A stretch of 63,031 nucleotides of DNA, counting the filler, from Octopus bimaculoides (Eukaryota): NCBI RefSeq assembly GCF_001194135.2. It is 4 parts of 4 records of this genome, joined end to end, with 100 filler letters (N's around TTAATTAATTAA, not from the genome) between each part and the next. Parts side by side here need not be neighbours in the genome. Positions count along the whole stretch, not along the records: positions 30,574 to 55,152 come from NC_069002.1; 3 more parts are not named here. The stretch is one strand, 5' to 3'. The notes under the pieces are model-generated. The model saw only the letters and a program-made list of their open reading frames with translations. It was not told the DNA's origin and did not search any database. The position numbers were made by a program, and so were the translations under genes. This document shows positions 38,309-52,519 of this stretch, piece after piece; position 1 is the stretch's first letter; every line of letters starts with the position of its first letter.

Positions 38309-39478
38309 CATATATATATNNNNNNNNNNNNNNNNNNNNNNNNNNNNNNNNNNNNNNNNNNNNNNNNNNNNNNNNNNNNNNNNNNNNNNNNNNNNNNNNN
38401 NNNNNNNNNNNNNNNNNNNNNNNNNNNNNNNNNNNNNNNNNNNNNNNNNNNNNNNNNNNNNNNNNNNNNNNNNNNNNNNNNNNNNNNNNNNNNNNNNNNN
38501 NNNNNNNNNNNNNNNNNNNNNNNNNNNNNNNNNNNNNNNNNNNNNNNNNNNNNNNNNNNNNNNNNNNNNNNNNNNNNNNNNNNNNNNNNNNNNNNNNNNN
38601 NNNNNNNNNNNNNNNNNNNNNNNNNNNNNNNNNNNNNNNNNNNNNNNNNNNNNNNNNNNNNNNNNNNNNNNNNNNNNNNNNNNNNNNNNNNNNNNNNNNN
38701 NNNNNNNNNNNNNNNNNNNNNNNNNNNNNNNNNNNNNNTACATAAACACACACACACACAAACGTACATATATATGGAATTTTACTTCGTTTTTGTTTTG
38801 ATTTCGATTAATATAAATTGCCACGTAATTAAAACAATCTAATCATTATGAATATATCTGAAATGATGTGAAGAATTTTAAGCTAATTACAATCTCATAA
38901 TTTAATATTGTTTATTATGCAAATTTATTTTTGTCATATTTTTCCTATTTCCTCTTTTTTTTTCGTTTTCTTTTTCAAAAAAATACTTCCTTTCGCTGTA
39001 TCGAAAGAAACTAAACAAAACCAATTTGAATATGAAATGGGAAGTAAAAGAATTTCATTACAATGTTATTCGTATTGTAAATCTATAGAAGATTATTTGT
39101 GAAAAATATATGAACGCTCTTGATACAAAATGGCCGATTTAATTTACGTAATAAAGGAGAATGTGCAAGTATATATGCTCTGTAATGTGTGTGTTGGTTT
39201 TGTGTCGTTGTGTTGTTTAACTCCTTGCTATAATTTTAAGAGCGTCCTGTAGTGGGGCCCTTGTTCGATAGTTATTGGCATTTTGAGGAATGTGGGACCG
39301 CCGCTTATTCACTATTGTTCCCTGAGTTGTAGTCGGTGTCAGTCACCCGGCCATGGGTTAATTAGCATATTAGGACTTACTTATTTATGCATGTGAAGAC
39401 TAGATGCAGCGGACTCTACACAAGAAACCTTCATGATTCAAGGAAAATGGAAGGTGGCTGCAACAACCCATTCTTGGC

Positions 39479-39723
39479 AGAAGCCCGTCTTATTTACATG
39501 TGTGTGTGTGTGTGTGTTTGTATTTCTCCTCCACTATCGCTTGACAACCGATGCCGGTGTGTTTACGTCCCCGTAACTTAGCGGTTCGGCAAAATAGACC
39601 GATAGAATAAGTACTAGTCTTACAAAGAAAAAATCCTGGGATCGATTTGTTCGACTAAAGGCGGTGCTCCAGCATGGCCACAGTCAAATGACTGAAACAA
39701 GTAAAAGAGTAAAGAGTAAAGAG
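39479..39723 (+). mobile_element. SINE family B, 3' two-thirds
   Basis: agaagcccgtc...(TG)n...atcgcttgacaaccgatgccggtgtgtttacgtccccgtaacttagcggttcggc...aagtaaaagagtaaagag. Confidence 0.92.
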
Positions 39724-41224
39724 TATACTTGCATATGAACACGGTTGTGAGCATATATTATGACAAAAATTACACAGGTTTACAAATATACAAATATACG
39801 TAACGCTAATATTCTGTCTAAGTTACACTACATATCATTTGAAAGACTTTCTTTTACACACATATTTATTTATACACACACAACCACATCAGCACACACA
39901 AATACATACATACACTCACATGTAGTTTCGTATATCTCTGAATATAAACGAGATATAATAATCCAGTGCAATCTATAAATATGTTTGATTAGAATGGATT
40001 ATGACTTTTCTACTGCCTGTAAAGATATTGAAATGTGTGTTACAGTGATTCTCTTCGGTTAATCTTGTTTTGGTCAAAGTTAAAAGTTTGTATATAAACA
40101 TTTTACGTAGATGTGTATCATTAATAGTCTATGTTTGTAATATTACTTTGTCTTCACGGCCGAGGTTTCTGTTAAATTAATTTAAGACAGATGCACTTAT
40201 GAGCTATGTTGGGAGAATCTAATATTGTAAATGGTATTTTGTGGTTGAGTATCTTTTGCTAGTGTAACGGTTTGCATTTTATAATGGTCAGATAGGAATC
40301 ACATATTTCTATGCCTGGCTTATGTGCTGTCATATTTGTAAAGGAAACATTTTGAGAAATAGATGCAAATTGCCCTCACGTCGCGACGTAAGATTCTATA
40401 GAGATTCTGTAGAGATTCTATACGTATATACGCACCTTTTCCCTGTCCTTGTCTCTCCACCTCATGCTCTCTCGCTATCCCACTCTCTGTAATATACTGG
40501 GATAAAAAGAAATATTTTACAGTCGCCTCATGTCTCTCTCAGAGCATAATCGAATGAGAAATACATCAGGTGAGTTTATAGAGGAGATGAAACGAATGCA
40601 ATGGAGATGATCGTGGTGGGAGGTTTGCGTGTGACACTAAAATTTCTGTTTCCCTCTCTCATCTTTCTTTTTTTCTTAATTGACTTTATATTTCTCTACG
40701 AGTCGCTATAGATCGGACTGGCGTAGGAGAATTAAGAACGATATAGACTGAGTGTACATACTGAGATATATTTCTATATAGATAGCGAGTGATGCGAGTG
40801 CGGGTAGGTGTGGTGGCAGTTTGAAAAGAAACGAGACATTTTATTGCTGGGCTCCCTTTTTTATTAACAAACGTTTTTACCCATTACATACATTTTGAAG
40901 TAATGGAAAAGACTATAGATTATTATTCTCAGCACGAGTATATATGATCTCCACAAATATTAATAAATTATTGCCCTTTCAATTCCTAAGCTTACCTTTT
41001 CGAACCTTTTTATTGTTGTAAATTTCGGTGGTTTTATTTGCACCATGTCGCAAGCTAGTATCTATATGGGACTCGCAATTATTTAATGACTGAAATAATA
41101 CGATGGAGAGGATCGTATGATCTCTGCAGGAACATACTCAGCTGGGTTGCGTATCTCACAGGTCGTGGATACTCTTCAAGTCGAGCCGCTCCTTTTCATT
41201 TTTTAGAGGTTCCAGCTATTTGTA

Positions 41225-41345
41225 GAATGGACATGTGATAAGAATATTTGAAGGAAAGAATCGCAAGAGGAATCGTCAAGCCGAGCCGATCAGCAGGAGA
41301 TCTTGGGGAAGCCCAAGAGAAGATGGTTGGACATAATATTATGTC
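41225..41345 (+). mobile_element. Very decayed RTE-like LINE ORF2 C-terminal fragment
   Basis: Pieces translate as GHVIRIFEGKNRKR and GKPKRRWLD (cf. WFGHV.R...G.R.RGRPK.RW.D). Confidence 0.45.
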
Positions 41346-41600
41346 CGCAGCTGGTATTGCTTAGCAATTAGCCAGAAACTGTAATGTTTGTTTCTTATAC
41401 AAACCCAAATAAGGGATGCCTGTTAACATCTCCCCACCTCCCACAACTGTCCTAGGAAAATTAAGTGAAGAAAATGGCTAGATGGATGGCAATTTCTATG
41501 CACATTCCAAGAAATTAGTTACTCTATACTTTTGCTCACATTTAGTAATATACATGCATATACACGTATATATGTATATACAAGTATATATGTATGGTTA

Positions 41601-41689
41601 AGTGCCTTCTACTATAGCCAATCAAAGCCCTGTAACTGGATTCGGTAGACGGAAACTGAAAGAAGCCAGTCGTATTTATATATATATGT

Positions 41690-41772
<83 letters not shown>

Positions 41773-41978
41773 TGTCTGTATTTGTCCCCCACCATCGCTT
41801 GAGAAACCGATGCTGGTGTGTTTACGTTCTCGTATAATAGCGGTTCGGCAAAATAGACGGATACAATAAGTACTAGCCTTACAAAGAATAAGTCCTGGGG
41901 TCGATTTGTTCGACTAAAGGCGGTGCGCTATCATGGCCGCATTCAAATGACTTAAAGAAATAAAAGAATAAAATGAAT
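41601..41978 (+). mobile_element. SINE family B lacking its head, with a long internal (TG)n
   Basis: agtgccttctactatagc...ggattcggtagacggaaactgaaagaagcc...(TG)n...cctggggtcgatttgttcgactaaaggcgg. Confidence 0.92.
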
Positions 41979-42429
41979 AAGTATATATATATGTGTGTGT
42001 GTGTATGTGTGTATGTGTGTGTGCATGTGTAAATGTTTGTACATATATATATATGTATATATATATANNNNNNNNNNNNNNNNNNNNNNNNNNNNNNNNN
42101 NNNNNNNNNNNNNNNNNNNNNNNNNNNNNNNNNNNNNNNNNNNNNNNNNNNNNNNNNNNNNNNNNNNNNNNNNNNNNNNNNNNNNNNNNNNNNNNNNNNN
42201 NNNNNNNNNNNNNNNNNNNNNNNNNNNNNNNNNNNNNNNNNNNNNNNNNNNNNNNNNNNNNNNNNNNNNNNNNNNNNNNNNNNNNNNNNNNNNNNNNNNN
42301 NNNNNNNNNNNNNNNNNNNNNNNNNNNNNNNNNNNNNNNNNNNNNNNNNNNNNNNNNNNNNNNNNNNNNNNNNNNNNNNNNNNNNNNNNNNNNNNNNNNN
42401 NNNNNNNNNNNNNNNNNNNNNNNNNNNTA

Positions 42430-42488
<59 letters not shown>

Positions 42489-43399
42489 ATACAGACAAAC
42501 AGACACAAACACATATGTATGCCCACACACACACACTCTTATATCTCGCTATTTATAAACAGATTGACAAACAATAACAAATATAGATACACGAACTTAT
42601 GCACACACAATACACACACAAACACGTACCACCACGCGAAGGAACCCACATTTACACACTCACAGACAAATAGATTTAGGGAACGAGAGAATGAATGAAT
42701 GATGGAGAAAAACGAACAGTACCAAAGAATAAAAATAAAACGAATCACAGAATTGGCTTCATCAAATCCAACCATAACATCTTTGCAATTCCGGATAACA
42801 TTAAGAAACTTTACGAGATTATTCAATCTTCCTGTCATCGTCTACGAACTAATTCTATCTCCAGCACTTTCGGAATAAAATAAAAATCGACGAAAAAACA
42901 GCACAAACAGCTCGAAATAGTATTAATCCCGAAGCCAAAAAATCATAGCATCTAGTCAAAGCATTTGAAAGGAGAACTGACACGTTATAACTGGAAATTC
43001 TACACTTTACACTCGAAATCGTAATCCTAACTTTACAAACAACCTTTGCATTACACTAATAAGCTTCTTAAAACAGATTTTTGCAGTAACAAGAAAATAA
43101 TAGTTACCTTTATACTTCATATAAATACGCTGTTATGGCGGTGAGCTGGAAAAGTCGTGAAGCAGTTGAAAACTGGGGTCGATGAAATCGGCTTGTCTCC
43201 TCCTGCTGGCATTGTGCTGACGTTTGGAATCAAAATGAATAAGCTCTACAGGCGTGGCGTTCTGCAAAGAAGTTTGGTTTCCAACTATATGGGTCTGGAT
43301 TCAGTCCCACTGCGTTATGTATAAGCATTATACATTCCAGTATAAATAAAAGTCAACTTCATTATATTTGTCCTGTGAAAACCTAGTCTGACATTCAAA

Positions 43400-43535
43400 G
43401 AGTTAACTTCCCGTACGAATGTTTACATTTGTACGGAATTTTCTAAAAAAATTCTGTAACGATCTCCTCATGTAATTTACGCACCCGCTAAATTTTATTT
43501 TGTTTTCGCGAAAAGAAGTGCGTAAATTACACGGG
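43400..43535. mobile_element. Possible DNA-transposon terminus with 14-bp subterminal inverted repeat
   Basis: tgtaatttacgcac (43471-43484) / gtgcgtaaattaca (43518-43531); resembles pogo/Tc1-type ends. Confidence 0.35.
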
Positions 43536-43691
43536 TTATATCTATATATATATATATGTATGTATGTATGTGGGTACATAGACATATGCATATAATTATG
43601 AGTAAATATATATGCATTTCTCTCAAACTTGTGAGAGATTGCCGGCTTTTAGTTTCGTAGCAGTTTCTTCGAAACGATTATGTTGGCGAGT

Positions 43692-44081
43692 TGTTGTTGT
43701 TGGCAGTCCGTCGCTTACGACGACAAGGGTTCCAGTTGATCCGATCAACGGAACAGCCTGTTCGTGAAATTAACGTGCAAGTGGCTGAGCACTCCACAGA
43801 CACGTGTACCCGTAACGTAGTTCTCGGGGATATTCAGAGTGACACATTGTGACAAGACTGACCCTTTGAATTACAGGCACAATGGAAACAGGAAGTAAGA
43901 GTGAGAGAAGGTTGTGGTGGAAGAGAACAGCAGGGTTCGCCACCATCCCCTGCCGGAGCCACGTGGAACTTTTAAGTGTTTTCTCTCAATAAACACTCAC
44001 AACGCCCGGTCTGGGAATCGAAACCGCGATCCTATAACTGCGAGTCCGCTGCCCTGACCACTGGGCCATTGCGCGTCCACA
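43692..44081 (-). mobile_element. Full-length SINE family C with (CAA)n tail and 13-bp TSD
   Basis: Head at the right end; TSD tatgttggcgagt (43679-43691) / taagttggcgagt (44082-44094), one mismatch. Confidence 0.93.
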
Positions 44082-44273
44082 TAAGTTGGCGAGTACTTGT
44101 GTATAAAGTGATATCTGTATGTATGTATGTACGTATGTACAAATCGATGGATGTATATGTACATATGAATGCATATGTATTTATGCATGCATACGCAGAT
44201 GTGTAGGGTTTGTGCGTGGCGTCTCTGTGCATGTATTTACGTATCAATATACAAGTACACATACACTTGTATA

Positions 44274-44398
<125 letters not shown>

Positions 44399-44527
44399 TT
44401 GCATATCCGTATTTATATATATATATATATACACGTATGTATATATGTATATATGTATATATGTATGTACGTGTGTATGTATGCACGCATGTATGTATGT
44501 ATGTATGTGTGTATTTGCACATGCATA

Positions 44528-44567
<40 letters not shown>

Positions 44568-44956
44568 GTGTGTACAAGTAATATGTAGTATGTGTGTATG
44601 TGTGTATGCGTGTACAGGAATATAAGATGGCGCGCGCGCGCAAACGCGTGTGCGAATGTGAGCTACATGCCGTGATTCTTTCGGAAAATAGTGGACTTAG
44701 GCGTTCCAATACAGAGATCAATGAACTAAAATCGGGATAAACAATAGGATCAATATTATCGATTACATCCTTTCAATGCTGTACTCCAGCAAGGCCGCAT
44801 TCTTTTGACTTCAATCAGTATAATATTTATGATATTCGTAAGTGCATTTCCTCCAATATCCTCTATTTACATAAATACGTATGAATATATACAGGTGTAA
44901 ATACATATATCATAGAAATAAGAATTTTTGCTCACTCACAAACATGTATATACCAG

Positions 44957-45480
44957 TCTGTGTTCGGATTGTCTAAGCACAGCGACCATCAGATCTCCCG
45001 CCTTCGCCGTGAACTGAAATTATCTTCTCTCTTCGCTCTTTTGGACCACATGAACTCAACTCCCCTCGTCTCTTCATCTGACTACCCTTCTCTCCTCTCT
45101 TCTTCTGACAATACTTCCTCTCTTCACTCCTACCCACCTTGCCTCTCCCCTCTTAGTCTTACTCCTAGTGTTTCTCTTCCGTCCTACCCACCTTCTCTCT
45201 TCATTGATACCACCCCTACCCAACCCTACACATACTCTTCCACCGCACACCCTAAGCCCAGAGACCGACATCCACACACCCACACACATAATCCCCACAA
45301 CACACTCACAGCCTACACACCACACCACTACACCACATCATACCACCGCACACCGCTCCACACACTAGCACTGGCCACTTCCCAGCACCCCCACCACACA
45401 CGATCATCCATACGTCCATATCTTGCAGACGCACACACATACGCACCCATTGACACACGTCAAAGTCACTAGACCATCTC
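44957..45480 (+). mobile_element. Penelope-like GIY-YIG endonuclease C-terminus plus CT/CA-rich 3' region
   Basis: SVFGLSKHSDHQISRLRRELKL, frameshift, IFSLRSFGPHELNS (44957-45063); matches the R..RE..I..L....P.GLN terminus of PLE GIY-YIG domains. Confidence 0.65.
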
Positions 45481-45792
45481 CCCTCTCCCCATATATTCTG
45501 CTTATGTCCTTCTAGAATTATATGTCCTTATGTCCTTGTGTCCTTGTCTATGAGTGAATGTGTGTAATTGTAATTGGCTCAGGTTACTACTGCGTATGGT
45601 GTACGTCTTCAACATTGGCCAATTATAGAATGTATTTACAATAAAAGTCACTAAACAGCAATGCCTTATCGAAAAGAAATTACACAACATTTAATGAAAT
45701 GCCATGTTTAATATCAGATTTTCTCCCACGAGATGCTAGGATCCATACGTGTGTACGTCTGTGTGCGTGCGCTTGTGCCAGTATATCAGTGC

Positions 45793-45864
<72 letters not shown>

Positions 45865-45954
45865 ATGAATGTTAGTATATATAAGTGTATAAACATGGAT
45901 AATTATATACATATATATGTATGTGTGTTTGCGCACATATATTTATACATACAT

Positions 45955-45996
<42 letters not shown>

Positions 45997-46088
45997 AACA
46001 CATACACATGTATATATACATATATTGACATATACACATATATATACATATATACGTGCATAGTTACATATACACATACATACATACA

Positions 46089-46121
<33 letters not shown>

Positions 46122-46519
46122 ATATGTATGTATGTGTGCATGTATATACGATTATATGTGTGTGCATGTGTTCCTTTTGAGTGCGTATACATTTCTATGT
46201 TTTCATGTGTGAGTGTGTCAGTTGGGATGTATAAAAATGAGATAGCGATGAAGTGGCTTGAAAAGGAAGTCAGATAGAAAGATTAAAAGCGATAGAGAGA
46301 GGAATGGAAGGAGGGAAAGAGTGAGGTAGATAGAGAGACACGGAGAAAGTTAAAAACCTTCAGAGAGACCTACCATGGAAATTTGTTGGTGTGTGTGTGT
46401 CTGTGTGTTGTCTGTCTGTCTGTGTGTTTGTCTGTCTGTCTGTGTGTGTATGTCTTTAGTGCTTGTCTGTGTCTGTGACAATTTCGATCGGATATTTTTT
46501 CCAATTTCATTTTATCTGA

Positions 46520-46569
<50 letters not shown>

Positions 46570-46605
46570 TTACTACTGCTGCTGCTGCTGCTGCTGCTGT
46601 TGTTG

Positions 46606-46669
<64 letters not shown>

Positions 46670-46830
46670 TAATAATAATGATAATAATAATAATAATAAT
46701 AATAATGATAGTGATGATGATACCACCACCACCACCACCACCATCGCCACCAAAGCAGTATCTATTGCATCAACAATTTCCACTACTGCACCTTCAAAAC
46801 CTATTACTGCTAACAAAGCTACAACAGCAA
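46520..46830. repeat. Compound (CTA)n/(CTG)n/(AAT)n/(CCA)n array
   Basis: Direct inspection. Confidence 0.92.
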
Positions 46831-47039
46831 TAACAAGAAGAGTTCCGCGTAAGTAGACAATCTGTTAAGTCTTCGACAGTAGAGTTCCTTCCCTCCGTCG
46901 CCCTCACAAAAAAATAGTCAATCCTCCGTATCTATTAAGATAATGTTTTGATCCAATAAAAGCTAACGACATTCTTTTATGTTTATCACTTTCTAAGTAC
47001 ATGTAATTCATTTTTCTTTCCTTTCGATCTCTCTCTCCG

Positions 47040-47110
<71 letters not shown>

Positions 47111-47175
47111 NNNNNNNNNNNNNNNNNNNNNNNNNNNNNNNNNNNNNNNNNNNNNNNNNNNNNNNNNNNNNNNNN

Positions 47176-47214
<39 letters not shown>

Positions 47215-47867
47215 TCTCTGTCTATCTTTCTTGCAATTAATCCTAGTTAAAGGATTAAATGAAAGAGACGCAATGAGAAAAGTAAAAAATCCGATAATGC
47301 TACAGTATTAATTGTTTAACACAGTGTTTCTAATCAGGGCTTTATAACTCTATTGATTTGGCGGTTGGGTAGTTGAACTGATACGCATCTTTCTAATTTT
47401 TCCTTTTCAACTTTTCTACGCTGTTTTTCACATAACAACTATGTTCAGAAATGTTCATACTCGCCATTTTACAAAAATATCTGGCTGTAATAATAGGCAA
47501 CGTAATCTGTAAGCATATGATTCCGTTAACGAAAAAAAGGAAACTTCTATATACCACTTCTTGGTGGTTTGATATGCTAGAATCAGAAACAAAACTATTG
47601 TTCCAGGGAGAGAGAAACTGTCGAATGAATCCGGAACCGAATCAAATGGAGGTTGGTAATGGTACGCTGTATCTTTGAGAAAAGTTTGTAGTGCGAATAA
47701 CAAATTTATAGGTGATTAACCACTGTATTTTAGATAAAGTATTAACTAATTAAAATTGCAGCTTTCATATTTTCGATAATGTATGGTGTAATATGTGCCG
47801 CGTTTATTACAGAGAATATTGCAGTGTGGAATATATATATAACTATACAAAAATATAAATATACATA

Positions 47868-48227
47868 CGAGGGTATGTTTAAAAGTTCATAGGTTGACGA
47901 TCAAAAAGTATTGCTACAATTGTGAAACAGTGCATGCATTAATTTCAACCCTTCTTATCATAGATGCTTTCTTTATTATCATGTAAACTGACATCTAACT
48001 GTTCAAAGAAGATTCAAATACAACTTGTAGCCACTTCTCTTGAAAATGGACAAAATTTGGCGTCGTGGTAATATCAAGTACTTTCAGAAAAAATGCTTTA
48101 GACCTCCAAGAACTTTCATGTTGTGATATATGTTTGAGATATTAGATGACGCTAATATTATTGACGACAGTGCAAAAGGGGGCAGCTGAATTTAGGAGGG
48201 CGAAGGAGTCTCTTGAAGATGACCCAG
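47868..48227 (+). mobile_element. Mariner element 5' end with decayed transposase N-terminus
   Basis: TA + cgagggtatgtttaaaagttc TIR; ATG at 48046 MDKIWRRGNIKYFQKK, later AAEFRRAKESLEDDP (cf. mariner KW...F..G..SLEDDPRSGRP); truncated by a SINE A. Confidence 0.85.
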
Positions 48228-48229
48228 TG

Positions 48230-48438
48230 GCGAAGAGCTGGTAGAATTGTTAGGGCACCAGGTAAGATGTTTAGCAGCAATTCGTCTGCGTTTACGTTAT
48301 GAGTTCAAATTCTGCCGAGGTCGACTTCGCTTTTCATTCTTTCGGGTTCCATAAAACAAGTACCAGTGGAACACTGGGTCGATGTAATCGTATAGACTTC
48401 TCAAACAAACTTGCTGGCCTTGTGTCAAAATTTGAAAA
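48230..48438 (+). mobile_element. SINE family A
   Basis: gagctggtagaattgttag...gagttcaaattctgccgaggtcgac...ctgggtcgatgtaatcg...gccttgtgtcaaaatttgaaa, then (ATT)n. Confidence 0.85.
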
Positions 48439-48442
48439 CATG

Positions 48443-48483
<41 letters not shown>

Positions 48484-48486
48484 CAT

Positions 48487-48700
48487 TCTCTTTATTCTTT
48501 TAACTCTTTTAAGTGTTTCAGTCATTTGAGTGCGGCCATGCTGGGGTATCGCCTTTAGTCGAGGAAATGGACCCCAGGACTTATTCTTTGTAAGCCTATC
48601 AGTCTATTCTATCAGTCTATTTTGCCGAACCGCTATGTTACGGGGACGTAAACACACCAGCATCGGTTTTCAAGCGATGTTGAGGGAACAAACACAGACA
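48487..48700 (-). mobile_element. SINE family B, 3' half
   Basis: tgtttcagtcatttgagtgcggccatgctgggg...ttttgccgaaccgc...gtaaacacaccagcatcgg. Confidence 0.88.
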
Positions 48701-48804
48701 CACAAACATATATACATACATACATATATATATGTATACATATATATATATGTGTGTATGCGCCTATGTTGTTTATTATATATTAAAAAAATAATAAATG
48801 CGCT

Positions 48805-49040
48805 CTTTTAAAGCCTAGCCAGGCTCATGGGCCCGGTTTCCCGGTTTCAGTGGCGTATGTGCTACTCAGCTGGAGGTGACGCGAGTCCATCGCAGCGTTA
48901 CTCATTTTTGCCAGCAACTGGAGCAACGAGAAGTGAAGTGTTTTGCTCAAGAACACAACGCGTCGCCCGGTCCAGGAATCGAAACCACAATATTGCAAAC
49001 ATGATGCTGACACCCTAACAATTATGCCACGCGCCTCCAC
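48805..49040 (-). mobile_element. SINE family E (C/D-like tRNA head, distinct tail)
   Basis: Minus strand gtggaggcgcgtggc...ggtttcgattcctggaccgggcg...gtgttcttgagcaaaacac, tail gaaaccgggaaaccgggcccatgagcc. Confidence 0.8.
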
Positions 49041-49089
49041 GTTGTTTATTATAGCATATCATATATCATTATTGAATTTAGCATTCAAA

Positions 49090-49210
49090 TTATGCTGGTC
49101 GTCAACTTTGCCTGTCATTCTTTCGGGGTCGATAAAATAAGTACCAGTTGCGTACTGATGTCGATGTAATCGACTTGCTTCTTCCCCCGAAATTGCTGAC
49201 TTTGTGCAAA
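49090..49210 (+). mobile_element. SINE family A, CORE-like fragment
   Basis: gtcaactttgcctgtcattctttcggggtcgataaaataagtaccag. Confidence 0.75.
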
Positions 49211-49647
49211 CAATTTTAAATCATTATCAAATTTATTATTTATAAAGAATATTCTGCTATACGCTGGCTATCAATAAAATATATATTTGTTTAATTGTCT
49301 TTTTATTATTTACAAACTGTGTCTACGCTTCTACATTACACATTCAGCTTCCTATTTATTATTTGCTGAAAACCATTCCAGCTACGATTTACATACCTAA
49401 AGCTGTCGTTATTATTCCGGTAATTCTTATCACAGACTTAGAATTTCTCAAGTTTTCGTCTTTTATTATACATGTAGAATACCACTTGAGTCGGATTAAA
49501 ATATAGATATATACACAAACGTATATCTATACATGCATACATGTGTGTTTGTGTATATTAATATTTATGTTTATATCAAGTTCTAACAAAATCAATTTAG
49601 CATCGAACTGAAGTGTTATTCAATCTCTTTCTGTCTCTCACACATAC

Positions 49648-49707
<60 letters not shown>

Positions 49708-51110
49708 TTATGTATGTATGTATGTATGTCGTTTTTTGTAATTGGTTTGACATGTGTTTATAAGTCGTGGACAGGTGGAATCGTTCGCTTCCGATTCTGT
49801 CGAGTACGTAATATTGACAAGCCACAAAAATGGCTAAACATCGATGTCCATTACTCCTAGATGGGATTGAAGATGACTCTGAGGTGTTTCAACACCCTTC
49901 ACATTGAGAGAGTATAGGCTCCACCGCGCTAATTGCAGCCCGCCGGCAAATACATGGCACATAAAATTCCATTGGTACATCAAATAGCTCATTCCTATTC
50001 TTTTTTTTTTTTACCCTATAGCAACTACCATGAAAAAGTAATGGCATTCTTTCGTTCATAACTATAACTATATCAGTGATTGTTATGGCAACATGCCTTA
50101 CTAAATTCAAGTGCTTTTTGAAACAAGTTCTAGAGATGAGGGTTAAAACTCCACGACGTCAAATTGGATGAATTTTCATTCAGGATTATCTCCTATTTTC
50201 CTAAACCTTTCAAGATTTGTGCTTCTACATATCTATTGAAAAAGTGTTTAGTATGCGCCAATGTGTCGTATTCTATTATCTAATATGCATTTACAAATAA
50301 TTCCTATTTCACTTTGTGGGATTTAATTATCACAGCTAGTATTTTGTGTGAATTAATTTTTATGGTCTTTCAAACTTACAAAAGGATTTCGTGAGATAAT
50401 CCGTTCGACTCATCTTAGATTTTGAACTTTGTAGATTTTATTTTTGCCTATGGATTGATTAAATTATAAGTTACGGTGCTTGTTTTCTTGTATGTTTTAG
50501 TTATGGTGTCAGTAAGTAAGTTATGTGTCTGGTTGTTTAATTCATGAATATTTTTTTTTGTTTTGTCAGCTTTAATAATCGTGATTCGTGATGTTTTGAG
50601 AGGTTCAAGGCATCTTTGTAGTGTATGTTGCGAAGTGTTGGATTTATGGTTAAATTTTACATTGTCAACTAATTCTATATTTTCCTCATTCTTTTCTAAA
50701 TCTTTAATATGACGTGGATATATATANNNNNNNNNNTATATATATATATATTTCAGATGCTCTTGTACGACGATATATTCCAGATGTCCTTATATTTTAG
50801 GTATGAGTGTAATTCTTTACACTATTTCTCTAAGCATGAATTAGTTCCATTTCCATTGAGTTGTTTCTGAAAATGACCACAGCGAAAAAGGTATTTTGAA
50901 TCTATTTACGAGTTGTTTATATAGAATACGAATCTATACATCCATGTACACATACACATATTCAAGAACAACACGCACACTTTCATATAAGAGTCTGTAT
51001 AGATACACCCCCCCCACACACACACATATATATATATACGCATTCACAGACGCACATACATATATGTATGCATATCTACTTGTATACCTAACCATATATA
51101 TATTTATATA

Positions 51111-51180
<70 letters not shown>

Positions 51181-51930
51181 CATACGCACTCACAGACACA
51201 CGCACACTAACAAGCCCACACAGTGTGAGAAATAAAGTGAAATAGGATAGAGAAACAGACGATAGCTCTAAGATAAATATTTTATCTATTTCTCGTCATT
51301 ATTTCTTTTGTTATTGTCCTTTCCCGTTGTAGCTTCTTAAACTTGCCTGGTTTAAAGTAATAATATTTTCTGGATAATTATAGTCAAAAGCTATTTCGCA
51401 GTAAGCGTGTCTCTTCTTCAGCTTTCCACACAGCTCCATCTCTTTCCACTTCTCTCTAAACCATGTCTTATCACTCTTCTCTCCTCTCATGCCTCCTTTT
51501 TGATTGATCCGTTTCATACTACTGGAAAAACATAATAATGATTGATAGAAACTTGCCCCTGTGTCTATTCGAGTTTATACATATATCTATTCATTATGTA
51601 TTATCTTATATTATGGATATTTTTGCATAGTTTTGTTTGAGGCAATACAAAGATAATTACATTGTTTATTCTGCAAACATACAGAACATACTGTTCATCT
51701 GTGATTTTCTCCGCGAGAGAACCAAAATTTTAGAAGCTCTCATGATCTCACGTCTGTCTTTCTCTCATTCTCTCCATTTCTGTCTCTCTCCTGCTCTCTC
51801 CTCCAATAATTATGTGACCTCCTTCTTACAAAATAAGAGGTACATTCTGTCACGTTCACAATCAGGTATTCGGTTATGAGACGAAAAACTTTCTCGAAAG
51901 TAATTGAATGGATTTATCACAAACCATAAT

Positions 51931-51931
<1 letters not shown>

Positions 51932-51996
<65 letters not shown>

Positions 51997-52010
51997 GGAT
52001 AGATAGATAC
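51932..52010. repeat. (GATA)n tetranucleotide microsatellite
   Basis: Direct inspection. Confidence 0.95.
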
Positions 52011-52040
52011 ACAAAAACATGCAGTCATATACACCCGTAT

Positions 52041-52077
<37 letters not shown>

Positions 52078-52269
52078 NNNNNNNNNNNNNNNNNNNNNNN
52101 NNNNNNNNNNNNNNNNNNNNNNNNNNNNNNNNNNNNNNNNNNNNNNNNNNNNNNNNNNNNNNNNNNNNNNNNNNNNNNNNNNNNNNNNNNNNNNNNNNNN
52201 NNNNNNNNNNNNNNNNNNNNNNNNNNNNNNNNNNNNNNNNNNNNNNNNNNNNNNNNNNNNNNNNNNNNN

Positions 52270-52300
<31 letters not shown>

Positions 52301-52482
52301 GCTACATATATACATACGTATATATATATATTACATTAAATTATAGTGTATTATTTGATATTATATTTCACACAAATCCTGAAATATATTTGTGTTTATA
52401 AGAGCAGAAATGTAAATTAGTATTTAATTTGTTTAGAGACTATTATTTTAAATGTATATATAAACACACACACACACACACA

Positions 52483-52519
<37 letters not shown>

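Noticed and set aside
44960-45472. 170-aa Ser/Pro/Thr/His-rich ORF as a host gene
   Set aside because: The N-terminus is a frameshifted Penelope GIY-YIG end; the rest is read-through of a CT/CA-rich tail.
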